Below are positions 57,001 through 64,000 of a DNA stretch of 64,000 nucleotides, piece by piece. The DNA is from Auanema rhodensis (Eukaryota > Animalia > Nematoda). How positions within the stretch are numbered: position 1 is the stretch's first letter; each line of letters begins with the position of its first letter. The stretch is taken from NCBI GenBank assembly GCA_964057225.1, contig OZ059898.1:2480001-2544000 (forward strand). The letters run 5' to 3'. A model generated the notes under the pieces. That model worked only from the letters and a program-made list of their open reading frames with translations, was not told where the DNA came from and did no database searches. Both the position numbers and the translations under genes were made by a program.

Positions 57001-60000
57001 TTTTGTATTAAGCGTTTCTCAATGTAGTATAGTGCATTCGATGCATATTTTTAAGCTGCGTCGATCTGTGTTATCAGATTCGCGCTAGCTTAAAAATGCA
57101 CCGAGATATCAACTGATATAAGTTCACACTTATATCCTCGATTTTCACCCTGAAGAATTAATTTTTTCGTTGAATAACATTGTCTATCGTCTTTGCCTTG
57201 AGAAATGGAATCTAAAAACATCTACTTTCTGCTAAATTATTTTGAAATTTTCCGAAAAAATTTTTGTCAAAATGTTTTTGGAAGCAATGTTGAGTGTACA
57301 TGGAAACTCAACATACACTAATGCATCATTTTTCAAACGATCATAACTAATTTTTGTATCAAGCGTTTTTCAATGTAGTATAGTGCATTCGATGCGGATT
57401 TTTAAGCTGCGTCGAGCTGTGTTATCAGATTTGCGCTAGCTTAAAAATGCACCGAGATATCAACTGATATAAGTTCACACTTATATCCTCGATTTTCACC
57501 CTGAAGAATTAATTTTTTCGTTGAATAACATTGTCTATCGTCTTTGCCTTAAAAAATGGAATCTAAAAACATCTACTTTTAGCTAAATTATTTTGAAATT
57601 TTTCGAAAAAATTTTTGTCAAAATGTTTTTGGAAGCAATGTTGAGTGTACATGGAAACTCAACATACACTAATGCATCATTTTTCAAACGATCATAACTA
57701 ATTTTTGTATTAAGCGTTTCTCAATGTGGTATAGTGCATTCGATGCGGATTTTTAAGCTGCGTCGATCTGTGTTATCAGATTTGCGCTAGCTTGAAAATG
57801 CACCGAGATATCAACTGATATAAGTTCACACTTATATCCTCGATTTTCACCCTGAAGAAATAATTTTTTCGTTGAATAACATTGTCAATCGTCTTTGCCT
57901 TGAAAAATGGAATCTAAAAACATCTACTTTTTGCTAAATTATTTTGAAATTTTTCGAAAAAATTTTTGTCAAAATGTTTTTGGAAGCAATGTTGAGTGTA
58001 CATGGAAACTCAACATACACTAATACATCATTTTTCAAACGATCATAACTAATTTTTGTATCAAGCGTTTCTTAATGTAGTATAGTGCATTCGATGCGGA
58101 TTTTTAAGCTGCGTCGATCTGTGTTATCAGATTTGCGCTAGCTTGAAAATGCACCGAGATATCAACTGATATAAGTTCACACTTATATCCTCAATTTTCA
58201 CCCTGAAGAATTAATTTTTTCGTTGAATAACATTGTCCATCGTCTTTGCCTTGAAAAATGGAATCTTAAAACATCTACTTTTTGCTAAATTATTTTGAAA
58301 TTTTTCGAAAAAATTTTTGTCAAAATGTTTTTGGAAGCAATGTTGAGTGTACATGGAAACTCAACATACACTAATGCATCATTTTTCAAACGATCATAAC
58401 TAATTTTTGTATCAAGTGTTTCTCAATGTAATATAGTGCATTCGATGCGGATTTTTAAGCTGCGTCGATCTGTGTTATCAGATTTGCGCTAGCTTAAAAA
58501 TGCACCGAGATATCAACTGATATAAGTTCACACTTATATCCTCGATTTTCACCCTGAAAAATTAATTTTTTCGTTGAATAACATTGTCCATCGTCTTTGC
58601 GTTGAAAAATGGAATCTAAAAACATCTACTTTTTGCTAAATTATTTTGAAATTTTTCGAAAAAATTTTTGTCAAAATGTTTTTGGAAGCAATGTTGAGTG
58701 TACATGGAAACTCAACATACACTAATGCATCATTTTTCAAACGATCATAACTAATTTTTGTATCAAGCGTTTCTCAATGTAGTATAGTGCATTCGATCCG
58801 GATTTTTAAGATGCGTCGATCTGTGTTATCAGATTTGCGCTAGCTTAAAAATGCACCGAGATATCAACTGATATAAGTTCACACTTATATCCTCGATTTT
58901 CACCCTGAAAAATTAATTTTTTCGTTGAATAACATTGTCCATCGTCTTTGCGTTGAAAAATGGAATCTAAAAACATCTACTTTTTGCTAAATTATTTTGA
59001 AATTTTTCGAAAAAATTTTTGTCAAAATGTTTTTGGAAGCAATGTTGAGTGTACATGGAAACTCAACATACACTAATGCATCATTTTTCAAACGATCATA
59101 ACTAATTTTTGTATCAAGCGTTTCTCAATGTAGTATAGTGCATTCGATCCGGATTTTAAAGATGCGTCGATCTGTGTTATCAGATTTGCGCTAGCTTAAA
59201 AATGCACCGAGATATCAACTGATATAAGTTCACACTTATATCCTCGATTTTCACCCTGAAGAAATAATTTTTTCGTTGAATAACATTGTCAATCGTCTTT
59301 GCCTTGAAAAAAGGAATCTAAAAACATCTACTTTTTGCTAAATTATTTTGAAATTTTTCGAAAAAATTTTTGTCAAAATGTTTTTGGAAGCAATGTTGAG
59401 TGTACATGGAAACTCAACATACACTAATGCATCATTTTTCAAACGATCATAACTAATTTTTGTATCAAGTGTTTCTCAATGTAATATAGTGCATTCAATG
59501 CGGATTTTTAAGCTGCGTCGATCTGTGTTATCAGATTTGCGCTAGCTTAAAAATGCACCGAGATATCAACTGATATAAGTTCACACTTATATCCTCGATT
59601 TTCACCCTGAAGAAATAATTTCTTCGTTGAATAACATTGTCCATCGTCTTTGCCTTGAAAAAAGGAATCTAAAAACATCTACTTTTTGCTAAATTATTTT
59701 GAAATTTTTCGAAAAAATTTTTGTCAAAATGTTTTTGGAAGCAATGTTGAGTGTACATGGAAACTCAATATACACTAATGCATCATTTTTCAAACGATCA
59801 TAACTAATTTTTGTATTAAGCGTTTCTCAATGTAGTATAGTGCATTCGATGCGGATTTTCAAGCTGCGTCGATCTGTGTTATCAGATTTGCGCTAGCTTA
59901 AAAATGCACCGAGATATCAACTGATATAAGTTCACACTTATATCCTCGATTTTCACCCTGAAGAATTAATTTTTTCGTTGAATAACATTGTCCATCGTCT

Positions 60001-63000
60001 TTGCCTTGAAAAATGGAATCTTAAAACATCTACTTTTTGCTAAATTATTTTGAAATTTTTCGAAAAAATTTTTGTCAAAATGTTTTTGGAAGCAATGTTG
60101 AGTGTACATGGAAACTCAACATACACTAATGCATCATTTTTCAAACGATCATAACTAATTTTTGTATCAAGTGTTTCTCAATGTAATATAGTGCATTCAA
60201 TGCGGATTTTTAAGCTGCGTCGATCTGTGTTATCAGATTTGCGCTAGCTTAAAAATGCACCGAGATATCAACTGATATAAGTTCACACTTATATCCTCGA
60301 TTTTCACCCTGAAAAATTAATTTTTTCGTTGAATAACATTGTCCATCGTCTTTGCCTTGAAAAATGGAATCTAAAAACATCTACTTTTTGCTAAATTATT
60401 TTGAAATTTTTCGAAAAAATTTTTGTCAAAATGTTTTTGGAAGCAATGTTGAGTGTACATGGAAACTCAACATACACTAATGCATCATTTTTCAAACGAT
60501 CATAACTAATTTTTGTATCAAGCGTTTCTTAATGTAGTATAGTGCATTCGATCCGGATTTTTAAGATGCGTCGATCTGTGTTATCAGATTTGCGCTAGCT
60601 TAAAAATGCACCGAGATATCAACTGATATAAGTTCACACTTATATCCTCGATTTTCACCCTGAAGAAATAATTTTTTCGTTGAATAACATTGTCCATCGT
60701 CTTTGCCTTGAAAAAAGGAATCTAAAAACATCTACTTTTTGCTAAATTATTTTGAAATTTTTCGAAAAAACTTTTGTCAAAATGTTTTTGGAAGCAATGT
60801 TGAGTGTACATGGAAACTCAACATACACTAATGCATCATTTTTCAAACGATCATAACTAATTTTTGTATTAAGCGTTTCTCAATGTAGTATAGTGCATTC
60901 GATGCGGATTTTTAAGCTGCGTCGATCTGTGTTATCAGATTTGCGCTAGCTTAAAAATGCACCGAGATATCAACTGATATAAGTTCACACTTATATCCTC
61001 GATTTTCACCCTGAAGAATTAATTTTTTCGTTGAATAACATTGTCCATCGTCTTTGCCTTGAAAAATGGAATCTTAAAACATCTACTTTTTGCTAAATTA
61101 TATTGAAATTTTTCGAAAAAATTTTTGTCAAAATGTTTTTGGAAGCAATGTTGAGTGTACATGGAAACTCAACATACACTAATGCATCATTTTTCAAACG
61201 ATCATAACTAATTTTTGTATCAAGCGTTTCTTAATGTAGTATAGTGCATTCGATCCGGATTTTTAAGATGCGTCGATCTGTGTTATCAGATTTGCGCTAG
61301 CTTAAAAATGCACCGAGATATCAACTGATATAAGTTCACACTTATATCCTCGATTTTCACCCTGAAAAATTAATTTTTTCGTTGAATAACATTGTCCATC
61401 GTCTTTGCCTTGAAAAATGGAATCTAAAAACATCTACTTTTTGCTAAATTATTTTGAAATTTTTCGAAAAAATTTTTGTCAAAATGTTTTTGGAAGCAAT
61501 GTTGAGTGTACATGGAAACTCAACATACACTAATGCATCATTTTTCAAACGATCATAACTAATTTTTGTATCAAGCGTTTCTTAATGTAGTATAGTGCAT
61601 TCGATCCGGATTTTTAAGATGCGTCGATCTGTGTTATCAGATTTGCGCTAGCTTAAAAATGCACCGAGATATCAACTGATATAAGTTCACACTTATATCC
61701 TCGATTTTCACCCTGAAGAAATAATTTTTTCGTTGAATTACATTGTCCATCGTCTTTGCCTTAAAAAATGGAATCTAAAAACATCTACTTTTAGCTAAAT
61801 TATTTTGAAATTTTTCGAAAAAATTTTTGTCAAAATGTTTTTGGAAGCAATGTTGAGTGTACATGGAAACTCAACATACACTAATGCATCATTTTTCAAA
61901 CGATCATAACTAATTTTTGTATCAAGTGTTTCTCAATGTAATATAGTGCATTCGATGCGGATTTTTAAGCTGCGTCGATCTGTGTTATCAGATTCGCGCT
62001 AGCTTAAAAATGCACCGAGATATCAACTGATATAAGTTCACACTTATATCCTCGATTTTCACCCTGAAGAATTAATTTTTTCGTTGAATAACATTGTCTA
62101 TCGTCTTTGCCTTGAGAAATGGAATCTAAAAACATCTACTTTCTGCTAAATTATTTTGAAATTTTCCGAAAAAATTTTTGTCAAAATGTTTTTGGAAGCA
62201 ATGTTGAGTGTACATGGAAACTCAACATACACTAATGCATCATTTTTCAAACGATCATAACTAATTTTTGTATCAAGCGTTTTTCAATGTAGTATAGTGC
62301 ATTCGATGCGGATTTTTAAGCTGCGTCGAGCTGTGTTATCAGATTTGCGCTAGCTTAAAAATGCACCGAGATATCAACTGATATAAGTTCACACTTATAT
62401 CCTCGATTTTCACCCTGAAGAATTAATTTTTTCGTTGAATAACATTGTCTATCGTCTTTGCCTTAAAAAATGGAATCTAAAAACATCTACTTTTAGCTAA
62501 ATTATTTTGAAATTTTTCGAAAAAATTTTTGTCAAAATGTTTTTGGAAGCAATGTTGAGTGTACATGGAAACTCAACATACACTAATGCATCATTTTTCA
62601 AACGATCATAACTAATTTTTGTATTAAGCGTTTCTCAATGTGGTATAGTGCATTCGATGCGGATTTTTAAGCTGCGTCGATCTGTGTTATCAGATTTGCG
62701 CTAGCTTGAAAATGCACCGAGATATCAACTGATATAAGTTCACACTTATATCCTCGATTTTCACCCTGAAGAAATAATTTTTTCGTTGAATAACATTGTC
62801 AATCGTCTTTGCCTTGAAAAAAGGAATCTAAAAACATCTACTTTTTGCTAAATTATTTTGAAATTTTTCGAAAAAATTTTTGTCAAAATGTTTTTGGAAG
62901 CAATGTTGAGTGTACATGGAAACTCAACATACACTAATGCATCATTTTTCAAACGATCATAACTAATTTTTGTATTAAGCGTTTCTCAATGTAGTATAGT

Positions 63001-63182
63001 GCATTCGATGCGGATTTTTAAGCTGCGTCGATCTGTGTTATCAGATTTGCGCTAGCTTGAAAATGCACCGAGATATCAACTGATATAAGTTCACACTTAT
63101 ATCCTCAATTTTCACCCTGAAGAATTAATTTTTTCGTTGAATAACATTGTCCATCGTCTTTGCCTTGAAAAATGGAATCTTA
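54057..63182. repeat. Older, diverged duplication (M155-166 versus M170-180) with offset changing from 15 to 14 monomers
   Basis: Variant pairs 54504/59769, 55506/60771 and 55837/61102 are 5,265 bp apart. Pairs 57081/61995 and 57728/62642 are 4,914 bp apart. Confidence 0.85.
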
Positions 63183-64000
63183 AAACATCTACTTTTTGCT
63201 AAATTATTTTGAAATTTTTCGAAAAAATTTTTGTCAAAATGTTTTTGGAAGCAATGTTGAGTGTACATGGAAACTCAACATACACTAATGCATCATTTTT
63301 CAAACGATCATAACTAATTTTTGTATCAAGTGTTTCTCAATGTAATATAGTGCATTCGATGCGGATTTTTAAGCTGCGTCGATCTGTGTTATCAGATTTG
63401 CGCTAGCTTGAAAATGCACCGAGATATCAACTGATATAAGTTCACACTTATATGCTCGATTTTCACCCTGAAGAAATAATTTTTTCGTTGAATAACATTG
63501 TCAATCGTCTTTGCCTTGAAAAAAGGAATCTAAAAACATCTACTTTTTGCTAAATTATTTTGAAATTTTTCGAAAAAATTTTTGTCAAAATGTTTTTGGA
63601 AGCAATGTTGAGTGTACATGGAAACTCAACATACACTAATGCATCATTTTTCAAACGATCATAACTAATTTTTGTATTAAGCGTTTCTCAATGTAGTATA
63701 GTGCATTCGATGCGGATTTTTAAGCTGCGTCGATCTGTGTTATCAGATTTGCGCTAGCTTAAAAATGCACCGAGATATCAACTGATATAAGTTCACACTT
63801 ATATCCTCGATTTTCACCCTGAAGAATTAATTTTTTCGTTGAATAACATTGTCCATCGTCTTTGCCTTGAAAAATGGAATCTTAAAACATCTACTTTTTG
63901 CTAAATTATTTTGAAATTTTTCGAAAAAATTTTTGTCAAAATGTTTTTGGAAGCAATGTTGAGTGTACATGGAAACTCAACATACACTAATGCATCATTT

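Larger units (their letters stand above)
1..64000. repeat. Tandem satellite DNA array, 351-bp monomer, ~182.3 copies, head-to-tail, extends beyond both window edges
   Basis: AAACATCTACTTTTTGCTAA recurs at 1, 352, 703... and exactly in phase at 7021, 14041, 21061, 28081, 35101 and 42121 (20 x 351 steps). Phase is +2 thereafter (49143, 56163, 63183). No non-repeat sequence seen. Confidence 0.99.

Noticed and set aside
1-64000. CRISPR array or repeat-protein gene (351 is divisible by 3)
   Set aside because: No unique spacers and no cas genes. The ORF track shows no frame open across monomers.

Overview
The whole 64 kb window is one uninterrupted head-to-tail tandem array of a 351-bp, AT-rich (~32% GC by hand count) satellite monomer: 182 full copies plus a 116-bp partial copy, all in the same orientation. 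I found no credible genes, RNA genes, transposons or CRISPR arrays. The six listed ORFs arise where point variants remove stop codons in the repeat. This is almost certainly eukaryotic (peri)centromeric or heterochromatic satellite DNA; I cannot name the family or species. Monomers differ by only a few percent, and the variants reveal hidden higher-order structure: a near-perfect 34-monomer (11,934 bp) tandem duplication, a 6-monomer (2,106 bp) duplication, a 3/6-mer block at the left end, a variable 4/5-mer unit, and an older 15-to-14-monomer duplication at the right end. Diagnostic variants turn over in zones along the array. Monomer length is strikingly conserved, with only one net indel (+2 bp at ~43,370). 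The monomer is packed with dyad symmetries and has an almost invariant core, and its variants are biased toward CpG transitions. All variant tallies were made by eye. I see no novel protein-coding system; the interest lies in satellite architecture and evolution. M-numbers count monomers from position 1; 'pos' means position within the monomer.
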